Shown: positions 34,798 through 49,589 of the stretch, piece by piece
Numbering within the stretch: position 1 is the stretch's first letter
Layout of the letters: each line of letters opens with the position of its first letter
Assembly (NCBI GenBank): GCA_964016885.1
Contig: OZ024747.1
Coordinates: forward strand, 29,698,001 to 29,762,000
Direction of reading: 5' to 3'
Source of the DNA: Eledone cirrhosa
Taxonomy: Eukaryota
Length of the DNA: 64,000 nt
Made by a program: the position numbers and the translations under genes
Notes under the pieces: model-generated
The model's input: only the letters and a program-made list of their open reading frames with translations
Databases searched by the model: none
What the model was told of the DNA's origin: nothing

Positions 34798-37700
34798 GAG
34801 ATAACATTTAAAAAAATCAGGCGGAGATAATTTGTAAAAAAAATCAGTGGGAGATAATTTGTAAAAAAATCAGGGGGAGATAATTTGTAAAAAAAATCAG
34901 GGGTAGATAATTTCCAGCCGTCCAAGGGGAGATAATTTCCATCCTTCCAAGGGGAGATAATTTCCAGCCGTCCAAGGGGAGATAATTTCCCGCCAGCCAA
35001 GGAGAGATAATATTTAAAAAAATCAGGCGGAGATAATTTGTAAAAAAAATCAGGGGGAGATAATTTGTAAAAAAATCAGGGGGAGATAATTTGTAAAAAA
35101 AAATCAGGGGAGATAATTTGTAAAAAAAATCAGGGGGAGATAATTTGTAAAAAAAAATCAGGGGTAGATAATTTGTAAAAAAAAATCAGGGGGAGATAAT
35201 TTGTAAAAAAAAAATCAGGGGGAGATAATTTGTAAAAAAATCAAGGGGAGATAATTTCCAGCCGTCCAAGGTTGAGATAATTTTCAGCCGTCCAAGGAGG
35301 TAATTTCTAGCCGTCCAAGGGGAGATAATTTCCAGCCGTCCAAGGGGATATAATTTTTTTTTAAAAATCAGGCGGAGATAATTTGTAAACAAAAATCAGG
35401 GGGAGATAATTTGTAAAAAAAAATCAGGGGGAGATAATTTGTAAAAAAAAATCAGGGGGAGATAATTTGTAAAAAAAATCAAGGGGAGATAATTTCCAGC
35501 CGTCCAAGGGGAGGTAATATCTAGCCATCCAAGGGGAGATAATTTCCAGCCGTCCAAGGGGAGATAATTTCCAGCCGTCCAAGGGGAGATAATATCCAGC
35601 CGTCCAAGGAGACATATTTTCCAGCCGTCCAAGGAGAGGTAATTTCTAGCCGTCCAAGGGGAGATAAGTTCCAGCCTCCAAGGGGAGAAAATTTCCAGCC
35701 AGCCAAGTGGAGATAATTTGTAAAAAAATCAGGGGGAGATAATTTGTAAAAAAAAAATCAGGGGGAGATAATTTGTAAAAAAATCAGGGGGAGATAATTT
35801 GTAAAAAAAAAATCAGGGGGAGATAATTTGTAAAAAAAATCAGGGGGAGATAATTTGTAGAAAAAATCAGGGGTAGATAATTTGTAAAAAAAATCAGGGG
35901 GAGATAATTTGTAAAAAAAATCAGGGGGAGATAATTTGTAAAAAAAATCAGGGGTAGATAATTTTCAGCCGTCCAAGGGGAGATAATTTCCATCCTTCCA
36001 AGGGGAGATAATTTCCAGCCGTCCAAGGGGAGATAATTTCCCGCCAGCCAAGGAGAGATAACATTTAAAAAAATCAGGCGGAGATAATTTGTAAAAAAAA
36101 TCAGGGGGAGATAATTTGTAAAAAAATCAGGGGGAGATAATTTGTAAAAAAAATCAGGGGTAGATAATTTCCAGCCGTCCAAGGGGAGATAATTTCCATC
36201 CTTCCAAGGGGAGATAATTTCCAGCCGTCCAAGGGGAGATAATTTCCCGCCAGCCAAGGAGAGATAATATTTAAAAAAATCAGGCGGAGATAATTTGTAA
36301 AAAAAATCAGGGGGAGATAATTTGTAAAAAAATCAGGGGGAGATAATTTGTAAAAAAAAATCAGGGGGAGATAATTTGTAAAAAAAATCAGGGGGAGATA
36401 ATTTGTAAAAAAAAATCAGGGGTAGATAATTTGTAAAAAAAAATCAGGGGGAGATAATTTGTAAAAAAAAAATCAGGGGGAGATAATTTGTAAAAAAATC
36501 AAGGGGAGATAATTTCCAGCCGTCCAAGGGGAGATAATTTTCAGCCGTCCAAGGAGAGGTAATTTCTAGCCGTCCAAGGGGAGATAATTTCCAGCCGTCC
36601 AAGGGGAGATAATTTTTTTAAAAAAATCAGGCGGAGATAATTTGTAAACAAAAATCAGGGGGAGATAATTTGTAAAAAAAAATCAGGGGGAGATAATTTG
36701 TAAAAAAAAAATCAGGGGGTGATAATTTGTAAAAAAATCAAGGGGAGATAATTTCCAGCCGTCCAAGGGGAGATAATTTTCAGCCGTCCAAGGAGAGGTA
36801 ATTTCTAGCCGTCCAAGGGGAGATAATTTCCAGCCAGCCAAGGGGAGATAATTTGTAAAAAAATCAGGGGTAGATAATTTGTAAAAAAAAATCAGGGGGA
36901 GATAATTTGTAAAAAAAATCAGGGGGAGATAATTTGTAAAAAAATCAGGGGGAGATAATTTGTAAAAAAAATCAGGGGGAGATAATTTGTAAAAAAATCA
37001 GGGGGAGATAATTTGTAAAAAAAAAATCAGGGGGATATAATTTGTAAAAAAAATCAGGGCGAGATAATTTGTAAAAAAAATCAGGGGTAGATAATTTGTA
37101 AAAAAAATCAGGGGGAGATAATTTGTAAAAAAAATCAGGGGGAGATAATTTGTAAAAAAAATCAGGGGTAGATAATTTCCAGCCGTCCAAGGGGAGATAA
37201 TTTCCATCCTTCCAAGGGGAGATAATTTCCAGCCGTCCAAGGGGAGATAATTTCCCGCCAGCCAAGGAGAGATAACATTTAAAAAAATCAGGCGGAGATA
37301 ATTTGTAAAAAAAATCAGGGGGAGATAATTTGTAAAAAAATCAGGGGGAGATAATTTGTAAAAAAAATCAGGGGTAGATAATTTCCAGCCGTCCAAGGGG
37401 AGATAATTTCCATCCTTCCAAGGGGAGATAATTTCCAGCCGTCCAAGGGGAGATAATTTCCCGCCAGCCAAGGAGAGATAATATTTAAAAAAATCAGGGG
37501 GAGATAATTTGTAAAAAAAATCAGGGGGAGATAATTTGTAAAAAAATCAGGGGGAGATAATTTGTAAAAAAAAATCAGGGGAGATAATTTGTAAAAAAAA
37601 TCAGGGGGAGATAATTTGTAAAAAAAATCAGGGGTAGATAATTTGTAAAAAAAAATCAGGGGGAGATAATTTGTAAAAAAAAAATCAGGGGGAGATAATT

Positions 37701-40700
37701 TGTAAAAAAATCAAGGGGAGATAATTTCCAGCCGTCCAAGGGGAGATAATTTTCAGCCGTCCAAGGAGGTAATTTCTAGCCGTCCAAGGGGAGATAATTT
37801 CCAGCCGTCCAAGGGGAGATAATTTTTTTAAAAAAATCAGGCGGAGATAATTTGTAAACAAAAATCAGGGGGAGATAATTTGTAAAAAAAAATCAGGGGG
37901 AGATAATTTGTAAAAAAAAATCAGGGGGAGATAATTTGTAAAAAAAATCAAGGGGAGATAATTTCCAGCCGTCCAAGGGGAGGTAATATCTAGCCATCCA
38001 AGGGGAGATAATTTCCAGCCGTCCAAGGGGAGATAATTTCCAGCCGTCCAAGGGGAGATAATATCCAGCCGTCCAAGGAGACATATTTTCCAGCCGTCCA
38101 AGGAGAGGTAATTTCTAGCCGTCCAAGGGGAGATAAGTTCCAGCCTCCAAGGGGAGATAATTTCCAGCCAGCCAAGGGGAGATAATTTGTAAAAAAATCA
38201 GGGGGAGATAATTTGTAAAAAAAAAATCAGGGGGAGATAATTTGTAAAAAAATCAGGGGGAGATAATTTGTAAAAAAAAAATCAGGGGGAGATAATTTGT
38301 AAAAAAAATCAGGGGGAGATAATTTGTAGAAAAAATCAGGGGTAGATAATTTGTAAAAAAAATCAGGGGGAGATAATTTGTAAAAAAAATCAGGGGGAGA
38401 TAATTTGTAAAAAAAATCAGGGGTAGATAATTTTCAGCCGTCCAAGGGGAGATAATTTCCATCCTTCCAAGGGGAGATAATTTCCAGCCGTCCAAGGGGA
38501 GATAATCTCCCGCCAGCCAAGGAGAGATAACATTTAAAAAAATCAGGCGGAGATAATTTGTAAAAAAATCAGGGGGAGATAATTTGTAAAAAAAATCAGG
38601 GGTAGATAATTTCCAGCCGTCCAAGGGGAGATAATTTCCATCCTTCCAAGGGGAGATAATTTCCAGCCGTCCAAGGGGAGATAATTTCCCGCCAGCCAAG
38701 GAGAGATAATATTTAAAAAAATCAGGCGGAGATAATTTGTAAAAAAAATCAGGGGGAGATAATTTGTAAAAAAATCAGGGGGAGATAATTTGTAAAAAAA
38801 AATCAGGGGGAGATAATTTGTAAAAAAAATCAGGGGGAGATAATTTGTAAAAAAAATCAGGGGTAGATAATTTGTAAAAAAAAATCAGGGGGAGATAATT
38901 TGTAAAAAAAAAATCAGGGGGAGATAATTTGTAAAAAAATCAAGGGGAGATAATTTCCAGCCGTCCAAGGGGAGATAATTTTCAGCCGTCCAAGGAGAGG
39001 TAATTTCTAGCCGTCCAAGGGGAGATAATTTCCAGCCGTCCAAGGGGAGATAATTTTTTTAAAAAAATCAGGCGGAGATAATTTGTAAACAAAAATCAGG
39101 GGGAGATAATTTGTAAAAAAAAATCAGGGGGAGATAATTTGTAAAAAAAATCAGGGGGAGATAATTTGTAAAAAAAATCAAGGGGAGATAATTTCCAGCC
39201 GTCCAAGGGGAGGTAATATCTAGCCATCCAAGGGGAGATAATTTCCAGCCGTCCAAGGGGAGATAATTTCCAGCCGTCCAAGGGGAGATAATATCCAGCC
39301 GTCCAAGGAGACATATTTTCCAGCCGTCCAAGGAGAGGTAATTTCTAGCCGTCCAAGGGGAGATAAGTTCCAGCCTCCAAGGGGAGATAATTTCCAGCCA
39401 GCCAAGGGGAGATAATTTGTAAAAAAATCAGGGGGAGATAATTTGTAAAAAAAAAATCAGGGGGAGATAATTTGTAAAAAAATCAGGGGGAGATAATTTG
39501 TAAAAAAAAAATCAGGGGGAGATAATTTGTAAAAAAAATCAGGGGGAGATAATTTGTAAAAAAAATCAGGGGTAGATAATTTGTAAAAAAAATCAGGGGG
39601 AGATAATTTGTAAAAAAAATCAGGGGGAGATAATTTGTAAAAAAAATCAGGGGTAGATAATTTTCAGCCGTCCAAGGGGAGATAATTTCCATCCTTCCAA
39701 GGGGAGATAATTTCCAGCCGTCCAAGGAGAGATAATTTCCCGCCAGCCAAGGAGAGATAACATTTAAAAAAATCAGGCGGAGATAATTTGTAAAAAAAAT
39801 CAGTGGGAGATAATTTGTAAAAAAATCAGGGGGAGATAATTTGTAAAAAAAATCAGGGGTAGATAATTTCCAGCCGTCCAAGGGGAGATAATTTCCATCC
39901 TTCCAAGGGGAGATAATTTCCAGCCGTCCAAGGGGAGATAATTTCCCGCCAGCCAAGGAGAGATAATATTTAAAAAAATCAGGCGGAGATAATTTGTAAA
40001 AAAAATCAGGGGGAGATAATTTGTAAAAAAAATCAGGGGGAGATAATTTGTAGAAAAAATCAGGGGTAGATAATTTGTAAAAAAAATCAGGGGGAGATAA
40101 TTTGTAAAAAAAATCAGGGGGAGATAATTTGTAAAAAAAATCAGGGGTAGATAATTTTCAGCCGTCCAAGGGGAGATAATTTCCATCCTTCCAAGGGGAG
40201 ATAATTTCCAGCCGTCCAAGGGGAGATAATCTCCCGCCAGCCAAGGAGAGATAACATTTAAAAAAATCAGGCGGAGATAATTTGTAAAAAAAATCAGGGG
40301 GAGATAATTTGTAAAAAAATCAGGGGGAGATAATTTGTAAAAAAAATCAGGGGTAGATAATTTCCAGCCGTCCAAGGGGAGATAATTTCCATCCTTCCAA
40401 GGGGAGATAATTTCCAGCCGTCCAAGGGTAGATAATTTCCCGCCAGCCAAGGAGAGATAATATTTAAAAAAATCAGGCGGAGATAATTTGTAAAAAAAAT
40501 CAGGGGGAGATAATTTGTAAAAAAATCAGGGGGAGATAATTTGTAAAAAAAAATCAGGGGGAGATAATTTGTAAAAAAAATCAGGGGGAGATAATTTGTA
40601 AAAAAAATCAGGGGTAGATAATTTGTAAAAAAAAATCAGGGGGAGATAATTTGTAAAAAAAAAATCAGGGGGAGATAATTTGTAAAAAAATCAAGGGGAG

Positions 40701-43700
40701 ATAATTTCCAGCCGTCCAAGGGGAGATAATTTTCAGCCGTCCAAGGAGAGGTAATTTCTCGCCGTCCAAGGGGAGATAATTTCCAGCCGTCCAAGGGGAG
40801 ATAATTTTTTTAAAAAAATCAGGCGGAGATAATTTGTAAAAAAAAATCAGGGGGAGATAATTTGTAAAAAAAAATCAGGGGGAGATAATTTGTAAAAAAA
40901 ATCAAGGGGAGATAATTTCCAGCCGTCCAAGGGGAGGTAATATCTAGCCATCCAAGGGGAGATAATTTCCAGCCGTCCAAGGGGAGATAATTTCCAGCCG
41001 TCCAAGGGGAGATAATATCCAGCCGTCCAAGGAGACATATTTTCCAGCCGTCCAAGGAGAGGTAATTTCTAGCCGTCCAAGGGGAGATAAGTTCCAGCCT
41101 CCAAGGGGAGATAATTTCCAGCCAGCCAAGGGGAGATAATTTGTAAAAAAATCAGGGGGAGATAATTTGTAAAAAAAAAATCAGGGGGAGATAATTTGTA
41201 AAAAAATCAGGGGGAGATAATTTGTAAAAAAAAAATCAGGGGGAGATAATTTGTAAAAAAAATCAGGGGGAGATAATTTGTAAAAAAAATCAGGGGTAGA
41301 TAATTTGTAAAAAAAATCAGGGGGAGATAATTTGTAAAAAAAATCAGGGGTAGATAATTTTCAGCCGTCCAAGGGGAGATAATTTCCATCCTTCCAAGGG
41401 GAGATAATTTCCAGCCGTCCAAGGAGAGATAATTTCCCGCCAGCCAAGGAGAGATAACATTTAAAAAAATCAGGCGGAGATAATTTGTAAAAAAAATCAG
41501 GGGGAGATAATTTGTAAAAAAATCAGGGGGAGATAATTTGTAAAAAAAATCAGGGGTAGATAATTTCCAGCCGTCCAAGGGGAGATAATTTCCATCCTTC
41601 CAAGGGGAGATAATTTCCAGCCGTCCAAGGGGAGATAATTTCCCGCCAGCCAAGGAGAGATAATATTTAAAAAAATCAGGCGGAGATAATTTGTAAAAAA
41701 AATCAGGGGGAGATAATTTGTAAAAAAATCAGGGGGAGATAATTTGTAAAAGAAAATCAGGGGGAGATAATTTGTAAAAAAAATCAGGGGGAGATAATTT
41801 GTAAAAAAAAATCAGGGGTAGATAATTTGTAAAAAAAAATCAGGGGGAGATAATTTGTAAAAAAAAAATCAGGGGGAGATAATTTGTAAAAAAATCAAGG
41901 GGAGATAATTTCCAGCCGTCCAAGGGGAGATAATTTTCAGCCGTCCAAGTAGAGGTAATTTCTAGCCGTCCAAGGGGAGATAATTTCCAGCCGTCCAAGG
42001 GGAGATAATTTTTTTAAAAAAATCAGGCGGAGATAATTTGTAAACAAAAATCAGGGGGAGATAATTTGTAAAAAAAATCAGGGGGAGATAATTTGTAAAA
42101 AAAAATCAGGGGGAGATAATTTGTAAAAAAATTCAAGGGGAGATAATTTCCAGCCGTCCAAGGGGAGGTAATATCTAGCCATCCAAGGGGAGATAATTTC
42201 CAGCCGTCCAAGGGGAGATAATTTTTTTAAAAAAATCAGGCGGAGATAATTTGTAAACAAAAATCAGGGGGAGATAATTTGTAAAAAAAAATCAGGGGGA
42301 GATAATTTGTAAAAAAAAAATCAGGGGGTGATAATTTGTAAAAAAATCAAGGGGAGATAATTTCCAGCCGTCCAAGGGGAGATAATTTTCAGCCGTCCAA
42401 GGAGAGGTAATTTCTAGCCGTCCAAGGGGAGATTATTTCCAGCCAGCCAAGGGGAGATAATTTGTAAAAAAATCAGGGGTAGATAATTTGTAAAAAAAAA
42501 TCAGGGGGAGATAATTTGTAAAAAAAATCAGGGGGAGATAATTTGTAAAAAAAATCAGGGGTAGATAATTTCCAGCCGTCCAAGGGGAGATAATTTCCAT
42601 CCTTCCAAGGGGAGATAATTTCCAGCCGTCCAAGGGGAGATAATTTCCCGCCAGCCAAGGAGAGATAACATTTAAAAAAATCAGGCGGAGATAATTTGTA
42701 AAAAAAATCAGGGGGAGATAATTTGTAAAAAAATCAGGGGGAGATAATTTGTAAAAAAAAAATCAGGGGGAGATAATTTGTAAAAAAAATCAGGGCGAGA
42801 TAATTTGTAAAAAAAATCAGGCGTAGATAATTTGTAAAAAAAATCAGGGGGAGATAATTTGTAAAAAAAATCAGGGGGAGATAATTTGTAAAAAAAATCA
42901 GGGGTAGATAATTTCCAGCCGTCCAAGGGGAGATAATTTCCATCCTTCCAAGGGGAGATAATTTCCAGCCGTCCAAGGGGAGATAATTTCCCGCCAGCCA
43001 AGGAGAGATAACATTTAAAAAAATCAGGCGGAGATAATTTGTAAAAAAAATCAGGGGGAGATAATTTGTAAAAAAATCAGGGGGAGATAATTTGTAAAAA
43101 AAATCAGGGGTAGATAATTTCCAGCCGTCCAAGGGGAGATAATTTCCATCCTTCCAAGGGGAGATAATTTCCAGCCGTCCAAGGGGAGATAATTTCCCGC
43201 CAGCCAAGGAGAGATAATATTTAAAAAAATCAGGCGGAGATAATTTGTAAAAAAAATCAGGGGGAGATAATTTGTAAAAAAATCAGGGGGAGATAATTTG
43301 TAAAAAAAAATCAGGGGAGATAATTTGTAAAAAAAATCAGGGGGAGATAATTTGTAAAAAAAATCAGGGGTAGATAATTTGTAAAAAAAAATCAGGGGGA
43401 GATAATTTGTAAAAAAAAAATCAGGGGGAGATAATTTGTAAAAAAATCAAGGGTAGATAATTTCCAGCCGTCCAAGGGGAGATAATTTTCAGCCGTCCAA
43501 GGAGGTAATTTCTAGCCGTCCAAGGGGAGATAATTTCCAGCCGTCCAAGGGGAGATAATTTTTTTAAAAAAATCAGGCGGAGATAATTTGTAAACAAAAA
43601 TCAGGGGGAGATAATTTGTAAAAAAAAATCAGGGGGAGATAATTTGTAAAAAAAAATCAGGGGGAGATAATTTGTAAAAAAAATCAAGGGGAGATAATTT

Positions 43701-46700
43701 CCAGCCGTCCAAGGGGAGGTAATATCTAGCCATCCAAGGGGAGATAATTTCCAGCCGTCCAAGGGGAGATAATTTCCAGCCGTCCAAGGGGAGATAATAT
43801 CCAGCCGTCCAAGGAGACATATTTTCCAGCCGTCCAAGGAGAGGTAATTTCTAGCCGTCCAAGGGGAGATAAGTTCCAGCCTCCAAGGGGAGATAATTTC
43901 CAGCCAGCCAAGGGGAGATAATTTGTAAAAAAATCAGGGGGAGATAATTTGTAAAAAAAAAATCAGGGGGAGATAATTTGTAAAAAAATCAGGGGGAGAT
44001 AATTTGTAAAAAAAAAATCAGGGGGAGATAATTTGTAAAAAAAATCAGGGGGAGATAATTTGTAGAAAAAATCAGGGGTAGATAATTTGTAAAAAAAATC
44101 AGGGGGAGATAATTTGTAAAAAAAATCAGGGGGAGATAATTTGTAAAAAAAATCAGGGGTAGATAATTTTCAGCCGTCCAAGGGGAGATAATTTCCATCC
44201 TTCCAAGGGGAGATAATTTCCAGCCGTCCAAGGGGAGATAATCTCCCGCCAGCCAAGGAGAGATAACATTTAAAAAAATCAGGCGGAGATAATTTGTAAA
44301 AAAAATCAGGGGGAGATAATTTGTAAAAAAATCAGGGGGAGATAATTTGTAAAAAAAAATCAGGGGAGATAATTTGTAAAAAAAATCAGGGGGAGATAAT
44401 TTGTAAAAAAAATCAGGGGTAGATAATTTGTAAAAAAAAATCAGGGGGAGATAATTTGTAAAAAAAAAATCAGGGGGAGATAATTTGTAAAAAAATCAAG
44501 GGTAGATAATTTCCAGCCGTCCAAGGGGAGATAATTTTCAGCCGTCCAAGGAGGTAATTTCTAGCCGTCCAAGGGGAGATAATTTCCAGCCGTCCAAGGG
44601 GAGATAATTTTTTTAAAAAAATCAGGCGGAGATAATTTGTAAACAAAAATCAGGGGGAGATAATTTGTAAAAAAAAATCAGGGGGAGATAATTTGTAAAA
44701 AAAAATCAGGGGGAGATAATTTGTAAAAAAAATCAAGGGGAGATAATTTCCAGCCGTCCAAGGGGAGGTAATATCTAGCCATCCAAGGGGAGATAATTTC
44801 CAGCCGTCCAAGGGGAGATAATTTCCAGCCGTCCAAGGGGAGATAATATCCAGCCGTCCAAGGAGACATATTTTCCAGCCGTCCAAGGAGAGGTAATTTC
44901 TAGCCGTCCAAGGGGAGATAAGTTCCAGCCTCCAACGGGAGATAATTTCCAGCCAGCCAAGGGGAGATAATTTGTAAAAAAATCAGGGGGAGATAATTTG
45001 TAAAAAAAAAATCAGGGGGAGATAATTTGTAAAAAAATCAGGGGGAGATAATTTGTAAAAAAAAAATCAGGGGGAGATAATTTGTAAAAAAAATCAGGGG
45101 GAGATAATTTGTAGAAAAAATCAGGGGTAGATAATTTGTAAAAAAAATCAGGGGGAGATAATTTGTAAAAAAAATCAGGGGGAGATAATTTGTAAAAAAA
45201 ATCAGGGGTAGATAATTTTCAGCCGTCCAAGGGGAGATAATTTCCATCCTTCCAAGGGGAGATAATTTCCAGCCGTCCAAGGGGAGATAATCTCCCGCCA
45301 GCCAAGGAGAGATAACATTTAAAAAAATCAGGCGGAGATAATTTGTAAAAAAAATCAGGGGGAGATAATTTGTAAAAAAATCAGGGGGAGATAATTTGTA
45401 AAAAAAATCAGGGGTAGATAATTTCCAGCCCTCCAAGGGGAGATAATTTCCATCCTTCCAAGGGGAGATAATTTCCAGCCGTCCAAGGGGAGATAATTTC
45501 CCGCCAGCCAAGGAGAGATAATATTTAAAAAAATCAGGCGGAGATAATTTGTAAAAAAAATCAGGGGGAGATAATTTGTAAAAAAATCAGGGGGAGATAA
45601 TTTGTAAAAAAAAATCAGGGGGAGATAATTTGTAAAAAAAATCAGGGGGAGATAATTTGTAAAAAAAATCAGGGGTAGATAATTTGTAAAAAAAAATCAG
45701 GGGGAGATAATTTGTAAAAAAAAAATCAGGGGGAGATAATTTGTAAAAAAATCAAGGGGAGATAATTTCCAGCCGTCCAAGGGGAGATAATTTTCAGCCG
45801 TCCAAGGAGAGGTAATTTCTAGCCGTCCAAGGGGAGATAATTTCCAGCCGTCCAAGGGGAGATAATTTTTTTAAAAAAATCAGGCGGAGATAATTTGTAA
45901 ACAAAAATCAGGGGGAGATAATTTGTAAAAAAAAATCAGGGGGAGATAATTTGTAAAAAATAATCAGGGGGAGATAATTTGTAAAAAAAATCAAGGGGAG
46001 ATAATTTCCAGCCGTCCAAGGGGAGGTAATATCTAGCCATCCAAGGGGAGATAATTTCCAGCCGTCCAAGGGGAGATAATTTCCAGCCGTCCAAGGGGAG
46101 ATAATATCCAGCCGTCCAAGGAGACATATTTTCCAGCCGTCCAAGGAGAGGTAATTTCTAGCCGTCCAAGGGGAGATAAGTTCCAGCCTCCAAGGGGAGA
46201 TAATTTCCAGCCAGCCAAGGGGAGATAATTTGTAAAAAAATCAGGGGGAGATAATTTGTAAAAAAAAAATCAGGGGCAGATAATTTGTAAAAAAATCAGG
46301 GGGAGATAATTTGTAAAAAAAAAATCAGGGGGAGATAATTTGTAAAAAAAATCAGGGGGAGATAATTTGTAAAAAAAATCAGGGGTAGATAATTTGTAAA
46401 AAAAATCAGGGGGAGATAATTTGTAAAAAAAATCAGGGGTAGATAATTTTCAGCCGTCCAAGGGGAGATAATTTCCATCCTTCCAAGGGGAGATAATTTC
46501 CAGCCGTCCAAGGAGAGATAATTTCCCGCCAGCCAAGGAGAGATAACATTTAAAAAAATCAGGCGGAGATAATTTGTAAAAAAAATCAGGGGGAGATAAT
46601 TTGTAAAAAAATCAGGGGGAGATAATTTGTAAAAAAAATCAGGGGTAGATAATTTCCAGCCGTCCAAGGGGAGATAATTTCCATCCTTCCAAGGGGAGAT

Positions 46701-49589
46701 AATTTCCAGCCGTCCAAGGGGAGATAATTTCCCGCCAGCCAAGGAGAGATAATATTTAAAAAAATCAGGCGGAGATAATTTGTAAAAAAAATCAGGGGGA
46801 GATAATTTGTAAAAAAATCAGGGGGAGATAATTTGTAAAAAAAAATCAGGGGGAGATAATTTGTAAAAAAAATCAGGGGGAGATAATTTGTAAAAAAAAT
46901 CAGGGGTAGATAATTTGTAAAAAAAAATCAGGGGGAGATAATTTGTAAAAAAAAATCAGTGGGAGATAATTTGTAAAAAAATCAAGGGGAGATAATTTCC
47001 AGCCGTCCAAGGGGAGATAATTTTCAGCCGTCCAAGGAGAGGTAATTTCTAGCCGTCCAAGGGGAGATAATTTCCAGCCGTCCAAGGGGAGATAATTTTT
47101 TTAAAAAAATCAGGCGGAGATAATTTGTAAACAAAAATCAGGGGGAGATAATTTGTAAAAAAAAATCAGGGGGAGATAATTTGTAAAAAAAAATCAGGGG
47201 GAGATAATTTGTAAAAAAAATCAAGGGGAGATAATTTCCAGCCGTCCAAGGGGAGGTAATATCTAGCCATCCAAGGGGAGATAATTTCCAGCCGTCCAAG
47301 GGGAGATAATTTCCAGCCGTCCAAGGGGAGATAATATCCAGCCGTCCAAGGAGACATATTTTCCAGCCGTCCAAGGAGACGTAATTTCTAGCCGTCCAAG
47401 GGGAGATAAGTTCCAGCCTCCAAGGGGAGATAATTTCCAGCCAGCCAAGGGGAGATAATTTGGAAAAAAATTAGGGGGAGATAATTTGTAAAAAAAAATT
47501 AGGGGGAGATAATTTGTAAAAAAAAATCAGGGGGAGATAATTTGTAAAAAAAAATCAGGGGGAGATAATTTGTAAAAAGAATCAAGGGGAGATAATTTCC
47601 AGCCGTCCAAGGGGAGATAATTTTCAGCCGTCCAAGGAGAGGTAAATTCTAGCCGTCCAAGGAGATATAATTTCCAGCCGTCCAAGGGGAGATAATTTCC
47701 AGCCGTCCAAGGGGAGATAATTTTTAAAAAAAAATCAGGCGGAGATAATTTGTAAACAAAAATCAGGGGGAGATAATTTTTAAAAAAAGAAGTCAGGGGG
47801 AGATAATTTGTAAAAAAAAATCAGGGGGAGATAATTTGTAAAAAAAATCAAGGGGAGATAATTTCCAGCCGTCCAAGGGGAGGTAATATCTAGCCATCCA
47901 AGGGGAGATAATTTCCAGCCGTCCAAGGGGAGATAATTTCCAGCCGTCCAAGGGGAGATAATATCCAGCCGTCCAAGGAGACATATTTTCCAGCCGTCCA
48001 AGGAGAGGTAATTTCTAGCCGTCCAAGGGGAGATAAGTTCCAGCCTCCAAGGGGAGATAATTTCCAGCCAGCCAAGGGGAGATAATTTGTAAAAAAATCA
48101 GGGGGGAGATAATTTGTAAAAAAAATCAGGGGGAGATAATTTGAAAAAAAAAATCAGGGGGAGATAATTTGTAAAAAATATCAAGGGGAGATAATTTCCA
48201 GCCCTCCAAGGGGCTATAATTTCCAGCCGTGCAAGGGGAGATAATTTCCAGCCGTCCAAGGGGAGATAATTTCCATCCTTCCAAGGGGAGATAATTTCCA
48301 GCCGTCCAAGGGGAGATAATTTCCCGCCAGCCAAGGGAAGATAATTTTTTAAAAAATCAGGCGGAGATTGTAAAAAAAATCAGGGGGAGATAATTTGTAA
48401 AAAAATCAGGGGGAGATAATTTGTAAAAAAAAAATCAGGGGGAGATAATTTGTAAAAAAAAATCAGGGGGAGATAATTTGTAAAAAAAATCAGGGGGAGA
48501 TAATTTGTAAAAAAAATCAGGGGTAGATAATTTGTAAAAAAAATCAGGGGGAGATAATTTGTAAAAAAAATCAGGGGGAGATAATTTGTAAAAAAAATCA
48601 GGGGTAGATAATTTTCAGCCGTCCAAGGGGAGATAATTTCCATCCTTCCAAGGGGAGATAATTTCCAGCCGTCCAAGGGGAGATAATTTCCCGCCAGCCA
48701 AGGAGAGATAACATTTAAAAAAATCAGGCGGAGATAATTTGTAAAAAAATCAGGGGGAGATAATTTGTAAAAAAAATCAGGGGTAGATAATTTCCAGCCG
48801 TCCAAGGGGAGATAATTTCCATCCTTCCAAGGGGAGATAATTTCCAGCCGTCCAAGGGGAGATAATTTCCCGCCAGCCAAGGAGAGATAATATTTAAAAA
48901 AATCAGGCGGAGATAATTTGTAAAAAAAATCAGGGGGAGATAATTTGTAAAAAAATCAGGGGGAGATAATTTGTAAAAAAAAATCAGGGGGAGATAATTT
49001 GTAAAAAAAAATCAGGGGGAGATAATTTGTAAAAAAAAATCAGGGGTAGATAATTTGTAAAAAAAAATCAGGGGGAGATAATTTGTAAAAAAAAAATCAG
49101 GGGGAGATAATTTGTAAAAAAATCAAGGGGAGATAATTTCCAGCCGTCCAAGGGGAGATAATTTTCAGCCGTCCAAGGAGAGGTAATTTCTAGCCGTCCA
49201 AGGGGAGATAATTTCCAGCCGTCCAAGGGGAGATAATTTTTTAAAAAAAATCAGGCGGAGATAATTTGTAAACAAAAATCAGGGGGAGATAATTTGTAAA
49301 AAAAAATCAGGGGGAGATAATTTGTAAAAAAAAATCAGGGGGAGATAATTTGTAAAAAAAATCAAGGGGAGATAATTTGTAAAAAAAAATAAGGGGTAGA
49401 TAATTTGTAAAAAAAAATCAGGGGGAGATAATTTGTAAAAAAAAAATCAGGGGGAGATAATTTGTAAAAAAATCAAGGGGAGATAATTTCCAGCCGTCCA
49501 AGGGGAGATAATTTTCAGCCGTCCAAGGAGAGGTAATTTCTAGCCGTCCAAGGGGAGATAATTTCCAGCCAGCCAAGGGGAGATAATTT

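Larger units (their letters stand above)
25150..35900. repeat. ~5.8-kb tandem duplication inside A block 3 (boundaries approximate)
   Basis: Equivalent positions 25384/31173, 25619/31408, 27628/33442, 28792/34609 and 29579/35396 (offsets 5789-5817). Shared variants GGACAGGTAA, ATAATTCGTAA and GAAAAAACATC. Confidence 0.85.
23347..49589. repeat. Satellite family A block 3 (~26.2 kb), containing two unoccupied copies of the B-insertion site
   Basis: Continuous 27/25-bp units with the same cassettes. Contains an internal ~5.8-kb tandem duplication. Confidence 0.97.
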
